64,000 bases of DNA from an uncultured delta proteobacterium (GCA_963787125.1 CAWBBV010000007.1:352001-416000), one strand, 5' to 3'. Positions 1-10,084 are shown, numbered from the stretch's first letter. Numbers and translations: made by a program. Notes: generated from the letters alone by a model not told the origin.

Positions 1-128
1 TCTCGCTTTAAATAGAGGTCTCCCGGTAGTCTGCCGAGCCACGGCAACTTGCCAAAGAGCATGATTGCTCCGCCGATGGCGGCAATGACTGCACCGATTA
101 TCAGTAACGATCTGCCAAGGTCAGGCAT
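1..128 (-). CDS. DUF2905-like small membrane protein (partial, runs off window start)
   Basis: Hand translation from ATG at 128: MPDLGRSLLIIGAVIAAIGGAIMLFGKLPWLGRLPGDLYLKR; LGRLPGD motif typical of DUF2905; overlaps queH stop. Confidence 0.75.
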   Translation of the reverse strand, partial: MPDLGRSLLIIGAVIAAIGGAIMLFGKLPWLGRLPGDLYLKR

Positions 129-663
129 GCTCTGCCTTTGGCAGATAGCGTTCCTTTTCGCTGTAGATACAGCCGCAGTACTGCTGACGATAGAGCCCCA
201 TCTCTTTTGAGAGTCTTATCCCTTCCTGCCAACCGGGACGAAAATCCTCGTAATGAAATTTTACTCCATGCCGTTCGCCTGCCTTCTCACCGGTAGTCCG
301 GATCATTGCATGATCCTGATAACGGCTGTAAAGAAGAGATGAGGTAAACGCATCGAGCCCAAGCTCAGCGGCTTTTTTAGCCGCGGCGTCAAAGCGTGAG
401 AAGTAGCAGTAAATGCATCTTTCTGCCGGATTTTGTGCAACTGCGGCGAGAAACTCTTCGAGATTATATTCATCTCGGTAGACCATCGGCAGCTCTCTGG
501 CGGCGGCAAACTCCCGAACCGCTGTCAGGCGGCGCTGATACTCCTGGTACGGGTGAATGTTGTGGTTATAGAAGAAGCCGGTGACGTTATGCTCAGCCTT
601 GATAAGCTGCTGAAGCGGGTAGATAGAGCAGGGGCCACAACATGTATGGAGGAGGATTTTCAT
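121..663 (-). CDS. queH: Epoxyqueuosine reductase QueH (DUF208)
   Basis: LLHTCCGPC, NIHPYQEY, RCIYCY and YRQQYCGC motifs. Confidence 0.9.
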   Translation of the reverse strand: MKILLHTCCGPCSIYPLQQLIKAEHNVTGFFYNHNIHPYQEYQRRLTAVREFAAARELPMVYRDEYNLEEFLAAVAQNPAERCIYCYFSRFDAAAKKAAELGLDAFTSSLLYSRYQDHAMIRTTGEKAGERHGVKFHYEDFRPGWQEGIRLSKEMGLYRQQYCGCIYSEKERYLPKAEHA

Positions 664-673
664 GGTGAGATTA

Positions 674-1405
674 TTATCTGAAAGTGGCGTTCAGGTCAAG
701 AGTCCGGGATTGGAACGCCTCTCTTGCCAGCTTCAGAGTGATTTTACGCTGAGTTGCAAACGACTGTTGCTTTAGCAGTTCAACTGCATTTGCCAGTGAG
801 GGGATATCACGCGGGAGTCGGAGCAGAAGATAGTCGATCACATCATCAGGCAGGGCCAATTGATGGTCGTCCGCAAGTTTCTTCATAATCATTCGTCTTG
901 ATTCATCATCGGAAATGTCCAGCTTGGCGACAAGTCCCCACATGAAACGTGACTTCAGGTGCTCATCAAGGGAATCAAGCTCTTTGGGGGGGAGGGTGGC
1001 AGAGGCTATTATCTTGCGACCGCTTTCGTAAAAATCGTTGAACAGTTGCCAGATAGCTGTGCGCAGGGACTTAAAATCCTGTAACTGATGAAGGTTGTCC
1101 AGAAGGAGTATCGGCTGCGGTGCTGACAGCCTGACAATCTCTGCACAATTAGCGGGAGTGATCAGCTCGATCGGGATGACTGGAGGCGGAGCAATTGCTG
1201 TTGTTTCCGCAAGTTTTCTGCTGACAGCGGAAAGCAGATGGGTTTTGCCTGAACCTGACTCGCCATAAAGGAAAAGAAGATTTTCGCCGGATCCGGAATC
1301 CATAACCTTGTTAACAAATCCCAAAGCAGTGTTGTTGCCATTGCAGGCGACGAAACTGTTGAAGCTGTAGTTCGGTTTAGCCGGGAAATTGAAAAAGAGC
1401 TGCAT
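674..1405 (-). CDS. hda: DnaA-like AAA+ protein, Hda-like regulatory inactivator
   Basis: Walker A GESGSGKTH, LKSRFMWGL motif, no DnaA domain I/IV; N-terminal QLFFNF resembles a clamp-binding motif. Confidence 0.75.
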   Translation of the reverse strand: MQLFFNFPAKPNYSFNSFVACNGNNTALGFVNKVMDSGSGENLLFLYGESGSGKTHLLSAVSRKLAETTAIAPPPVIPIELITPANCAEIVRLSAPQPILLLDNLHQLQDFKSLRTAIWQLFNDFYESGRKIIASATLPPKELDSLDEHLKSRFMWGLVAKLDISDDESRRMIMKKLADDHQLALPDDVIDYLLLRLPRDIPSLANAVELLKQQSFATQRKITLKLAREAFQSRTLDLNATFR

Positions 1406-1407
1406 CT

Positions 1408-2424
1408 TTAGAAAAGAGCTCCTTGAGGAGTTTCAGGGGCGATCCGCCCGAAATGGAGATAGGCTGCCCGGGTTGCCACTCTGCCGCGCGGAGTGCGATT
1501 CAGAAAGCCTTGCTGGATAAGGAACGGTTCGATGACATCTTCGATAGTGTCGCTCTCCTCGCAGATAGCTGCTGCCAGAGTTTCAAGGCCGACAGGTCCG
1601 CCACCGAACTTGTCGATGATGGTAAGGAGAACCGTGCGGTCCATGCTGTCAAAACCCATTTCATCGACTTCCAGTAGCAGCAGGGATTCTCTGACGATCT
1701 TTCCGGTTATCGTGCCGTCACCGAGTACCTGGGCAAAATCACGGACACGCCGAAGCAGCCGGTTGGCAATCCGCGGCGTACCGCGACTGCGGCGGGCAAG
1801 CTCCAGTGAAGCTTCTTCAGCGATCGCTACGTTAAGAATGCGGGCTGAGCGTCTGACAATGAAGGCGAGCTCGTCATCGGTATAAAACTCGAGCCTGGAA
1901 ATGACTCCAAAGCGGTCACGCAGGGGCGATGAGAGCAGGCCTGCTCTGGTAGTTGCGCCGACCAGAGTGAATTTGGGCAGATCCAGCTTTATGGTTCTGG
2001 CGCTTGGCCCCTGGCCGATGATGATATCGAGTTGAAAATCTTCCATGGCAGGGTAGAGAATCTCTTCAACCACATGGGATAACCGGTGGATTTCATCAAT
2101 GAAGAGAACGTCGTGCGCTTCGAGATTGGTAAGAATTGCAGCAAGGTCACCAGGCCGCTCGATTACCGGGCCCGAGGTTGATTTGATGTTAACGCCCATT
2201 TCACAGGCAATTATATTGGCAAGGGTGGTCTTGCCGAGTCCTGGCGGGCCGTAGAGAAGGACGTGATCCAGCGCTTCATCCCGTTTTCTGGCAGCATCAA
2301 TGAAAATCCGCAGATTCCCTTTTGCTTTTTCCTGCCCCACATACTCGTCCAGGGAGCGAGGGCGCAGAGTGCTTTCCATGTAGATCTCATCATCACTGGC
2401 AACTGCTTCGATCACTCGTGTCAT
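1408..2424 (-). CDS. ruvB: Holliday junction branch migration helicase RuvB
   Basis: [40 protein letters not shown]. Confidence 0.98.
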   Translation of the reverse strand: MTRVIEAVASDDEIYMESTLRPRSLDEYVGQEKAKGNLRIFIDAARKRDEALDHVLLYGPPGLGKTTLANIIACEMGVNIKSTSGPVIERPGDLAAILTNLEAHDVLFIDEIHRLSHVVEEILYPAMEDFQLDIIIGQGPSARTIKLDLPKFTLVGATTRAGLLSSPLRDRFGVISRLEFYTDDELAFIVRRSARILNVAIAEEASLELARRSRGTPRIANRLLRRVRDFAQVLGDGTITGKIVRESLLLLEVDEMGFDSMDRTVLLTIIDKFGGGPVGLETLAAAICEESDTIEDVIEPFLIQQGFLNRTPRGRVATRAAYLHFGRIAPETPQGALF

Positions 2425-2426
2425 CG

Positions 2427-3029
2427 CTATTTCATCAGCCTTTTAAGTGCAAGCTTGAGAACTGTTTCCATGGGGGTATCAGCGTCGGTCTCAAACTCAG
2501 AGAGGGTTTTTGTGACGACTGCTTCTTTGTAGCCGAGGTTTATCAACGCTGAGGCGACGTCATCCCGGACCGATCGATCCTGAATCGAAAGTGTGGCGTT
2601 AATGCCGGCTTCTCCCATCATGCCGAGTTTTACAACTTTATCTTTCAGTTCAAGAACCAGCCTCTCAGAGGTTTTTTTACCGATGCCGGGAATAGCGGAG
2701 AGCCTGACAATGTCGCCACGACAGAGGGCAGAGCCGAGTTCATCCGGGTGAATGTTGGAGAGGATATCTTTTGCCAGCTTGGGGCCGACACCTGAGACGG
2801 TTATCAGCAGCTGAAAAAACTGTTTTTCTGCCGGCGTTAAAAAACCGTAAAGGTGAATTGCATCTTCTTTGACATTGGTATGAATGTTGAGGGTGAGGGT
2901 AGCACCTTCTTCCGGGAGGGCGAAAAAGGTTGAGAACGGTATCTGGACACGATAACCGACTCCGTTTACATCCAGAATGACTGAGTCCGGGTTTTTACTG
3001 GCTATTTTGCCTGTCAATAGTGCGATCAT
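2427..3029 (-). CDS. ruvA: Holliday junction branch migration protein RuvA
   Basis: [30 protein letters not shown]; operon position. Confidence 0.97.
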   Translation of the reverse strand: MIALLTGKIASKNPDSVILDVNGVGYRVQIPFSTFFALPEEGATLTLNIHTNVKEDAIHLYGFLTPAEKQFFQLLITVSGVGPKLAKDILSNIHPDELGSALCRGDIVRLSAIPGIGKKTSERLVLELKDKVVKLGMMGEAGINATLSIQDRSVRDDVASALINLGYKEAVVTKTLSEFETDADTPMETVLKLALKRLMK

Positions 3030-3547
3030 CTGTATGCCCTGGTTTTTCTGGCGGTGGGGGCGGCGGTGGTAAGGGCTTTCATTACGGCAGAGTTTGCGTG
3101 GCAGATTGCCACAGCCAGAGCATCGGAAGCGTCTGCCTGGGCAATCTCCGGCAGTCCCAGCAGCACCTTTACCATGTGTTGTACCTGCTCCTTGGCCGCC
3201 TTGCCATGACCAACGACAGACTGTTTTACCTGGAGCGCCGTGTATTCAAAGACCGGCAGAGCTGCATGGACAGCGGCAACTATTGCAGCTCCTCTTGCCT
3301 GTCCAAGCTTGAGAGCGCTTTGGGCGTTATTTGAAAAGAATAGATCTTCAACAGCAACAGCATCCGGGGTGTATCTGTTGATGACCTCGGTAAGTCCGTC
3401 GAAAATATGTTTCAGTCTGGTTGGAAAATCTGCGGCGCTGTCAGTAAAGACAGCGCCGTTATCGATATGAATGAGGCGATTCCCTTCTTTGCGGATGACG
3501 CCGTAACCGGTAATGCGTGAACCGGGATCAATCCCGAGAATAATCAT
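3026..3547 (-). CDS. ruvC: Crossover junction endodeoxyribonuclease RuvC
   Basis: [28 protein letters not shown]. Confidence 0.97.
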   Translation of the reverse strand: MIILGIDPGSRITGYGVIRKEGNRLIHIDNGAVFTDSAADFPTRLKHIFDGLTEVINRYTPDAVAVEDLFFSNNAQSALKLGQARGAAIVAAVHAALPVFEYTALQVKQSVVGHGKAAKEQVQHMVKVLLGLPEIAQADASDALAVAICHANSAVMKALTTAAPTARKTRAYR

Positions 3548-4291
3548 TTACATCAACTTTTCCATCTCTTCCATAGAGATGTCAAAGTTGGCATAAACGT
3601 TTTGGACATCATCATTATCTTCGAGCTTGTCCATCATCTTCAGCATGCTTTCCGCCTGTTTCCCTTCAAGCTTAACCACGGTCTGCGGGATCATGGTTAT
3701 TTCAGCAGAGTCGGCTTTGAAGCCTGCAGTTGCCAGGGCATCGCGCACCTCCATGAAGGAAGCAGGGTCAGTAGTTACCTCAAACAGCTCATCCTGTTCG
3801 GCGACATCATCAGCACCCGCTTCTATGGCGGCTTCAAAGAGTTTATCAAAATCAACACTCTTCGGGAAAATGATCAGCCCCTTCTTGTCAAATATCCAGG
3901 AAACGCAGCCTGTTTCACCCATGTTGCCGTTGCATTTGGTGAAGATGCTGCGCACATCGGAAACAGTCCGGTTGCGGTTATCAGTCATTACCTCTACCAG
4001 TACAGCAACTCCGCCAGGCCCGTAGCCTTCGTAGGTGGTTTCCTCGTAGTTGACCCCCTCCATGCCGCCGCTGCCTTTCTTGATGGCGCGTTCAATGTTG
4101 TCTTTGGGCATGTTCTCGCCCTTTGCCTTATCGATTGCCGTACGCAGCCTGGGGTTTGCCGCCGGATCGCCACCGCCGAGCTTGGCGGCCACGCAGATCT
4201 CCTTGATTATCTTGGTGAAAATTTTCCCACGCTTTGCATCAGCTGCACCCTTTTTATGCTTTATGGTGCTCCATTTATTATGACCTGACAT
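3548..4291 (-). CDS. yebC: YebC/PmpR family protein
   Basis: [14 protein letters not shown] start at 4291 with [24 protein letters not shown]. The ORF-track extension to 4483 is not used. Confidence 0.95.
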   Translation of the reverse strand: MSGHNKWSTIKHKKGAADAKRGKIFTKIIKEICVAAKLGGGDPAANPRLRTAIDKAKGENMPKDNIERAIKKGSGGMEGVNYEETTYEGYGPGGVAVLVEVMTDNRNRTVSDVRSIFTKCNGNMGETGCVSWIFDKKGLIIFPKSVDFDKLFEAAIEAGADDVAEQDELFEVTTDPASFMEVRDALATAGFKADSAEITMIPQTVVKLEGKQAESMLKMMDKLEDNDDVQNVYANFDISMEEMEKLM

Positions 4292-4512
4292 CGCAGCAAC
4301 TCCTCTTTGATTTGGCACTTCAAAACCGCAAAATACTATCACGCGGTAAAAATAGTGTAAAGCAAGAAAAGCTGGGCGTAATCTTGCCGTTACGTAAGAG
4401 TATTCATTAGGAGTTAAACCTTTGTTTGAAATAAGTAAGATTCTTAAAACGGCAATCTTTAATCGGATGATAAATGTATGCAACTATCTAAAATTGATGC
4501 ACTACAAGTCAT

Positions 4513-4522
4513 TTGTATACAG
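4513..4522. promoter_or_regulatory. TGTATACA palindromic operator candidate
   Basis: TTGTATACAG; same 10-mer in reverse complement upstream of frdC (58627-58636). Confidence 0.45.
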
Positions 4523-4538
4523 GAAATAAAATTTACTA

Positions 4539-4567
4539 TTGACATGAATAAAACGTCGTGCTAAAAA
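4539..4567 (+). promoter_or_regulatory. Putative sigma70 promoter of iclR-like gene
   Basis: TTGACA (4539-4544), 17 bp, TAAAAA preceded by TGn. Confidence 0.5.
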
Positions 4568-4632
4568 ACTGAAAACAAAAGCCGCTATTATATAAAACGA
4601 ACGTTCAAATTTAACGTATACAGGGTTGATTA

Positions 4633-5403
4633 ATGTTCAGAAGCAAGAGCAGCTATTCAGTGCAGAGTGTTGAAAAAGCTCTGGATATTCTTGAGCTGCT
4701 TGCAGACGAGTCGATTGATGCAACCCTGCCGCACCTTGCTGAAAAAATCGGCATCAGTCGCAATAAGGCTTTCCGGCTATTAGCAACACTTGAGAGTAGA
4801 GGTTTGGTGCTCCGTGAAGAGCATAGCGGTGTCTATCGGATCGGGCTTAACACCGTCGGTCTTGCCCAGCGCTTCATCAAGAGTGCAAATCTCATCAAGC
4901 ATGCTCACCCTGTCATGGAAGAGCTTGCAAGGCGCCACGAAGAGGCCATCTATCTTACGGTACTGCTCGGTGAAGAGGTGTTGTTCCTTGATTTTGTTGA
5001 TGGTGCGCAGACTGTAAAAACAGCCCCGCTGGTCGGGAAAAAGTTCCCCTGTCTCACCAACGCCCCCGGCAAGGTGATAAAAGCATTAGAGTCAACCGAT
5101 CTGTTGGAGAAGTTCTTCAAGAAAGGGCGGCGGAAAATGGCACCTGAAGATATGGCAAGGCTGGAAAAAGAGCTGGGTGAGATCAGGTTAAAGAGAGTTG
5201 CCGTTGATTATGACGGTCTTGGTGAAGGGGTAATTGATATTGCAGTGGCAATAAAAGATTATGCCGGTAAGGTCGTCGGCGCTATTACTCTTCTCGGGCC
5301 GACTTTCCGGCTCTTTGCAGAGAGAATAGAAAATGAAATTGCTCCTTCGCTGCTTGAAGGGGCTGACATGCTTTCCCTGAAATTCGGTTATGCAAAGTAT
5401 TAG
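4633..5403 (+). CDS. IclR family transcriptional regulator
   Basis: VQSVEKALDILELL HTH N-terminus; C-terminal IclR effector domain (IAVAIKDYAGKVVGAITLLGP). Confidence 0.92.
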   Translation: MFRSKSSYSVQSVEKALDILELLADESIDATLPHLAEKIGISRNKAFRLLATLESRGLVLREEHSGVYRIGLNTVGLAQRFIKSANLIKHAHPVMEELARRHEEAIYLTVLLGEEVLFLDFVDGAQTVKTAPLVGKKFPCLTNAPGKVIKALESTDLLEKFFKKGRRKMAPEDMARLEKELGEIRLKRVAVDYDGLGEGVIDIAVAIKDYAGKVVGAITLLGPTFRLFAERIENEIAPSLLEGADMLSLKFGYAKY

Positions 5404-5526
5404 CAACAGAGCTGTTTGCCACTTTAACGAACTAACAAAAGGAGGATTACAGAGAGTATCACCGTTACAGGTACGGGACGCCGCTACCTCAATGCTGTCA
5501 AAAATCCAAAGAAAGGAGTACTAACC

Positions 5527-5838
5527 ATGGCAGAAAAGCAGTATGACTGGAAGGCAATAGCCAACAATCCAAAGTTTAAAGAGTTACATCACAAGAAGAG
5601 CGCGTTTCTCTTCGGCTGGTGGATCTTCTCCACAGCCTATTACTTCCTCCTCCCTATCGGTGCAGCTTATGCTCCGGGCCTTTTCAAAATCAAGGTTATC
5701 AGCGTAATCAATTTCGGCTACGTATTCGCTCTTTCCCAGTTTTTTGTATCCTGGGGCCTGGCACATTACTATGCACACGTCGCTAACAAGGATTTTGACA
5801 GAATGACCAAGTCCCTGATTGACGAACTACATCTTTAG
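5527..5838 (+). CDS. DUF485 (YjcH-like) membrane protein
   Basis: 103 aa, two TM segments, directly upstream of actP as is typical. Confidence 0.85.
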   Translation: MAEKQYDWKAIANNPKFKELHHKKSAFLFGWWIFSTAYYFLLPIGAAYAPGLFKIKVISVINFGYVFALSQFFVSWGLAHYYAHVANKDFDRMTKSLIDELHL

Positions 5839-5856
5839 GAAAGGAGGATAAGAGAC

Positions 5857-7869
5857 ATGACATTCAAGCAGATAATTATCGCCGCATCCCTGACACTCAC
5901 TTTTGCCTCAGCCGCCTTTGCTGAAGAGCCCAAGAAAGCACCAGCTGCGCCCGGCGCAGCTCCTGCTGTTACAGCACCTGCTGCTGCTCCCGCTGCCGGG
6001 GCACCTGCCGCAGTGGTCGCTCCAGGCGCAGTTCCAGGCGCACCTGTCGCTGCCGCTCCAGCTCCACCAGCACCTGAAAAACCTAAAAGAGAGCTGAAAG
6101 CTAACAAAGCCATCACCCTCTCCATGTTTGCCGTCATCATCAGCATCACTCTTGGTGTTGTTATCTGGGCTGCCAAGCAGACCAAGACAACCGCCGACTT
6201 CTACGCTGCCGGTGGTGGTATTACCGGTACTCAGAATGGTTGGGCGATTGCCGGTGACTATATGTCAGCTGCATCCTTCCTCGGTATTTCCGGGATGATT
6301 TCGCTCTACGGGTATGACGGGTTCATGTACTCCGTCGGCTGGCTGGTTGCCTACATCACGGTTCTCCTCATTGTTGCCGAGCCGTGCCGTAACGCCGGTA
6401 AGTACACCATGGGCGACATCCTTTCCTTCCGTACCGAGCCAAAACCGGTTCGTGCCGTTGCCGCGCTTGCCACTGTTGCCGTATCGACTTTTTACCTCAC
6501 TGCCCAGATGGTCGGCGCCGGTAAACTGATGGCCCTTCTGGTCGGTGTTCCTTACAAAACAGCCATCATCGGCGTCGGTATCCTGATGGTCGGCTACGTT
6601 GTTTTCGGTGGCATGACCGCTACTACCTGGGTTCAGATCATCAAGGCCGGCCTGCTCGTCAGCGGTGCTTTACTGCTGGCTTTCCTGGTTATGGCCAAAG
6701 CCAGTTTCAACCCGATTACCTTCTTCGAGCAGATCGTTAACAGCCCTGACATTCAGAAGCACGTTGAACTGCTCATGCTGAAAGACGGCATTACCATGAC
6801 CGGTGTTGATGCCGGCCAGCGCTTCCTTGAGCCGGCCCTCTTCATGAAGGCGCCGCTTGACCAGATCTCCCTCGGTATGGCTCTGGTTCTCGGTACCGCC
6901 GGTATGCCGCACATTTTGATGCGTTTCTTCACCGTCCCGACTGCCCAGGCAGCCCGTAAGTCAGTTATTATCGCCATGTGGATTATCGGCGGCTTTTACG
7001 TTATCACTACCCTGCTCGGTTTCGGTGCAGCTATCCACGTCACTCCGCAAGGGATTCAGCAGGTTGACCCGGGCGGCAACATGGCTACTCTGCTTCTCGC
7101 CCAGCAGCTTGGCGCTGATATCGCTCCGGTCATCGGCGATCTCTTCCTTGCCTTTCTCTGTTCGGTGGCTTTTGCCACCATTCTGGCCGTTGTTTCCGGT
7201 CTGGTTCTGGCAGCTTCCGCAGCTATCGCCCATGATATCTATGTTAACGTTATCAAGGACGGCCATGCTGACCAGCATGAGCAGGTTATGGCAGCCCGTA
7301 TTACTTCAATGGTTGTTGGTATTGTCGGTATCGTTATCGGTATCATCGCCGAGAAAGCCAACGTTGCCCACCTGGTGGCGCTTGCCTTCGCAGTCGCCTC
7401 TTCCGGTAACCTGCCGGTTGTTGTGCTTTCGCTTTTCTGGCGCAAGATGAACACTGCCGGTGTTATTGCCGGTCTTGTTGTCGGTACAATAGCATCCATC
7501 GGCCTGGTTATGGTTTCGCCGAACATGACCTATCCTAAGCTTGTTGCCAAAGGTGCTGAGAAGGTTATTGTCGCCATGGAGAAGAAGCAGGCAGCTCTCG
7601 CTCCTGGCGCTGTACTGTCTGAGAAAGACGCCAAGGCTCTGGCCAAGGCTCAGAAAGACGTCTTGGGTAAAGACGAAAAGTCGATCATGGGCCTCAGTGA
7701 GCCGATCCTCAAGCTGAAAAACCCTGGTATCTTCTCGATTCCTCTTGGTTTTGCTGCTGCAATATTCGGTGCACTGCTCTTCCCGAGCAAGCGTTCCGAA
7801 GATATGTTCGACGAAGTCTATGTCCGTCAGAACACCGGTCTTGGTATGGCTAAAGCTATCGATCATTGA
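5857..7869 (+). CDS. actP: Cation/acetate symporter ActP (SSS family)
   Basis: NGWAIAGDYMSAASFLG, GTAGMPHILMRFFTVP; N-terminal signal peptide and Ala/Pro-rich extension. Confidence 0.92.
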   Translation: MTFKQIIIAASLTLTFASAAFAEEPKKAPAAPGAAPAVTAPAAAPAAGAPAAVVAPGAVPGAPVAAAPAPPAPEKPKRELKANKAITLSMFAVIISITLGVVIWAAKQTKTTADFYAAGGGITGTQNGWAIAGDYMSAASFLGISGMISLYGYDGFMYSVGWLVAYITVLLIVAEPCRNAGKYTMGDILSFRTEPKPVRAVAALATVAVSTFYLTAQMVGAGKLMALLVGVPYKTAIIGVGILMVGYVVFGGMTATTWVQIIKAGLLVSGALLLAFLVMAKASFNPITFFEQIVNSPDIQKHVELLMLKDGITMTGVDAGQRFLEPALFMKAPLDQISLGMALVLGTAGMPHILMRFFTVPTAQAARKSVIIAMWIIGGFYVITTLLGFGAAIHVTPQGIQQVDPGGNMATLLLAQQLGADIAPVIGDLFLAFLCSVAFATILAVVSGLVLAASAAIAHDIYVNVIKDGHADQHEQVMAARITSMVVGIVGIVIGIIAEKANVAHLVALAFAVASSGNLPVVVLSLFWRKMNTAGVIAGLVVGTIASIGLVMVSPNMTYPKLVAKGAEKVIVAMEKKQAALAPGAVLSEKDAKALAKAQKDVLGKDEKSIMGLSEPILKLKNPGIFSIPLGFAAAIFGALLFPSKRSEDMFDEVYVRQNTGLGMAKAIDH

Positions 7870-7894
7870 TAGCGGCAGTTTAGTTGTTTGCAGT

Positions 7895-7924
7895 GGGGGA
7901 AGGGAAACCTTCCCCCTTTTTTTA
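7895..7924 (+). terminator. Intrinsic terminator after actP
   Basis: GGGGGAAGG-GAAA-CCTTCCCCC followed by T8. Confidence 0.9.
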
Positions 7925-7986
7925 TTCAAAATCCTCATATTCCTGCGCATTGTGATATATTCTAAGCAAATTGAGCGAGGACAGAC

Positions 7987-9216
7987 ATGCCTGACCGCAA
8001 TCATCCTGATAAAATCACCGATCAAGAGTTTATTGCCGGAATCATGGGGCAGGTGCGGGAGTTTCTCCCTTACCTTGATGCTCAAGAGACGGACGTTTTC
8101 CTTAATGAACTGAAAAATGCTGTTGATAGCAGTCTTACCTGGATAGAGGAGCTGAATTCTTCGCAGAACAGGCTGCTTTTGCAGATAGCAGCAACTCATG
8201 ATTGCCCGAAACTTGGTGTTATTCACGATGAGCTGAACCGGATCGAGATGGAGCGATTTCTCCGCCTACCGTCAGTACCGGCGCTGCACAGTAACTGCAC
8301 AGAATATCGGGACGTCCTCGCAGAGCGGGCAATGGAGCTTGTAGCCGCTGAAATGGTGTCCAACGGCAGCCCACCTCCGGAACTGCCATATGCGCTCATC
8401 AGTATGGGGAGTGACGGTCGTGAAGAGCAGACTCTTATTACCGATCAGGACTACCTCATAGTCTACGGCGATGGTGGCGGTGAAGACGCTGACGACTGGT
8501 TCAGACGCTTCTCCGAACTTCTGGTCGAGCGGTTGGTTGAAGTTGGTTTCAAAAAGTGCACCGGCGACATAATGCCGAGTAATCCTACCTGGCGTGGTTC
8601 GATGCATCAGTGGAACCGGAAGCTGTTGGCAATAGTGCGTTACGAGTATGAAGATTATGGCAAAAACCTGATGGATCTTATTGTTCTTTCTGATGCCCGC
8701 TTTGTTGCCGGAGACAAAGTGCTGGCTCATGAACTGGTAGAGCTGATCAGGAGGCTTGAGAAGGACTACTTTCATGTGCTCTGGGGGATGGCAAAGGCTG
8801 CAACCGAGATGCGCCTTGCGCTTGGTTTTCTGAAACGGATCTGGACAGAGGGGTCAGGAGAGCATAAGGGGGAGTTTAATCTCAAACTGCTGGCGTGGGC
8901 GCCACTGGTGATGAATATCAGGATTATCTCCATAAATCAGGGGATACCGGCGACATCAACTCTGGAGAGGATTCAACTTCTGCATAAAGAGGGGAGCTTT
9001 TCAGCCAGTATGGCGGCCGGCTTGACGGCTGCTTATCATATACTGACCCGCTACCGGGCACTCCAGCAGATCAAAGTTATCAAGGGAATTCAAAATAATT
9101 CATACTACATAAACCCCTACCAACTGCCGAATGAAGAGCGTGAAAAGATCCGTCAGGCACTCCTCAAAATTGAAGATTTGCAGAAGGTTATTCATGCTAA
9201 TTTCCATATAGTGTAA
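7987..9216 (+). CDS. DUF294 putative nucleotidyltransferase with substrate-binding C-domain
   Basis: MGSDGREEQTLITDQD (GlnD/GlnE-like NT motif), CTGDIMPSNPTW, NLK motif. Confidence 0.85.
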   Translation: MPDRNHPDKITDQEFIAGIMGQVREFLPYLDAQETDVFLNELKNAVDSSLTWIEELNSSQNRLLLQIAATHDCPKLGVIHDELNRIEMERFLRLPSVPALHSNCTEYRDVLAERAMELVAAEMVSNGSPPPELPYALISMGSDGREEQTLITDQDYLIVYGDGGGEDADDWFRRFSELLVERLVEVGFKKCTGDIMPSNPTWRGSMHQWNRKLLAIVRYEYEDYGKNLMDLIVLSDARFVAGDKVLAHELVELIRRLEKDYFHVLWGMAKAATEMRLALGFLKRIWTEGSGEHKGEFNLKLLAWAPLVMNIRIISINQGIPATSTLERIQLLHKEGSFSASMAAGLTAAYHILTRYRALQQIKVIKGIQNNSYYINPYQLPNEEREKIRQALLKIEDLQKVIHANFHIV

Positions 9217-9416
9217 CCACCCTTTTCTGCTTCTCTTTCATTCTTGTATATCTCAATGAAAACAGCCATCTACGTTAATAACTAATCATTGCATCTTGTG
9301 TATTGTTGCTTGAGTGGGTTACCTAGACTGAAAAAACTGGTTTTAGGTCGGGGCGCGGGTTTTTATTGAGATAATAAAGCGCTTGATAGTAATGTTACAT
9401 GTGATACTATTGAAGC

Positions 9417-9662
9417 ATGACAACAGCAGACAAGACACTTGACAGGATGCGGAATAACCCGCGTGACTGGCGGATTGATGACCTGTTGACCCTGGCCGAG
9501 CGTTACGGGGTTGAGGTTCGCAACAACGGTGGAAGTCACCATGTTTTTACCGTTCGCGGAATTGCCGATAGTCTCTGTGTCCCGGCACATCGGCCAATCA
9601 AGCCGGTCTATGTCAAGCGGTTCATAGTATTGATCGACACGATCAAGGAGAAAACGTCATGA
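9417..9662 (+). CDS. hicA: HicA family toxin
   Basis: 81 aa, GGSHHVF and VPAHRPIKPVYVK; ATGA overlap with hicB. Confidence 0.8.
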   Translation: MTTADKTLDRMRNNPRDWRIDDLLTLAERYGVEVRNNGGSHHVFTVRGIADSLCVPAHRPIKPVYVKRFIVLIDTIKEKTS

Positions 9663-10084
9663 GTGTAAAGAAAATCAGACCAGTAACGCCGCCGTATCCT
9701 TTCGAGGCCTACGGCCACATGATAACGCCGCTGTCTGTAGATGACGGTGGTGGATACATGATTACCTTTCCGGATCTTCCCGGCTGCATGTCGGATGGCG
9801 AAACGATGGAAGAGGTTCTTGTTAATGGCCGAGACGCCTTTAACAGCTGGATAGCGGCACAGGTGGACATGAAAAGGCATATTCCGGAACCGACGCACTA
9901 CGATGAAGAGGGAAAGCCGGTCAAGTTTGTACAGAGACTTCCCCGCTCACTTCATGCTTCACTACAGGCAAGGGCGAGAGCTGAAGGGGTAAGCCTCAAT
10001 ACTCTTGTGCTTACTTTGATTGCTGAAGGTCTTGGCAGGCATGAGAGAGTGACACAGAACGAACCGGCAAGGCATGCTGCTTAA
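9659..10084 (+). CDS. hicB: HicB family antitoxin (C-terminal RHH)
   Basis: GGYMITFPDLPGCMSDGET; KFVQRLPRSLH...EGVSLN. Confidence 0.88.
   Translation: MSVKKIRPVTPPYPFEAYGHMITPLSVDDGGGYMITFPDLPGCMSDGETMEEVLVNGRDAFNSWIAAQVDMKRHIPEPTHYDEEGKPVKFVQRLPRSLHASLQARARAEGVSLNTLVLTLIAEGLGRHERVTQNEPARHAA

Noticed and set aside
4292..4483. 64-aa N-terminal extension of YebC in the ORF track
   Set aside because: AT-rich promoter region; the conserved MSGHNKW start with RBS is at 4291
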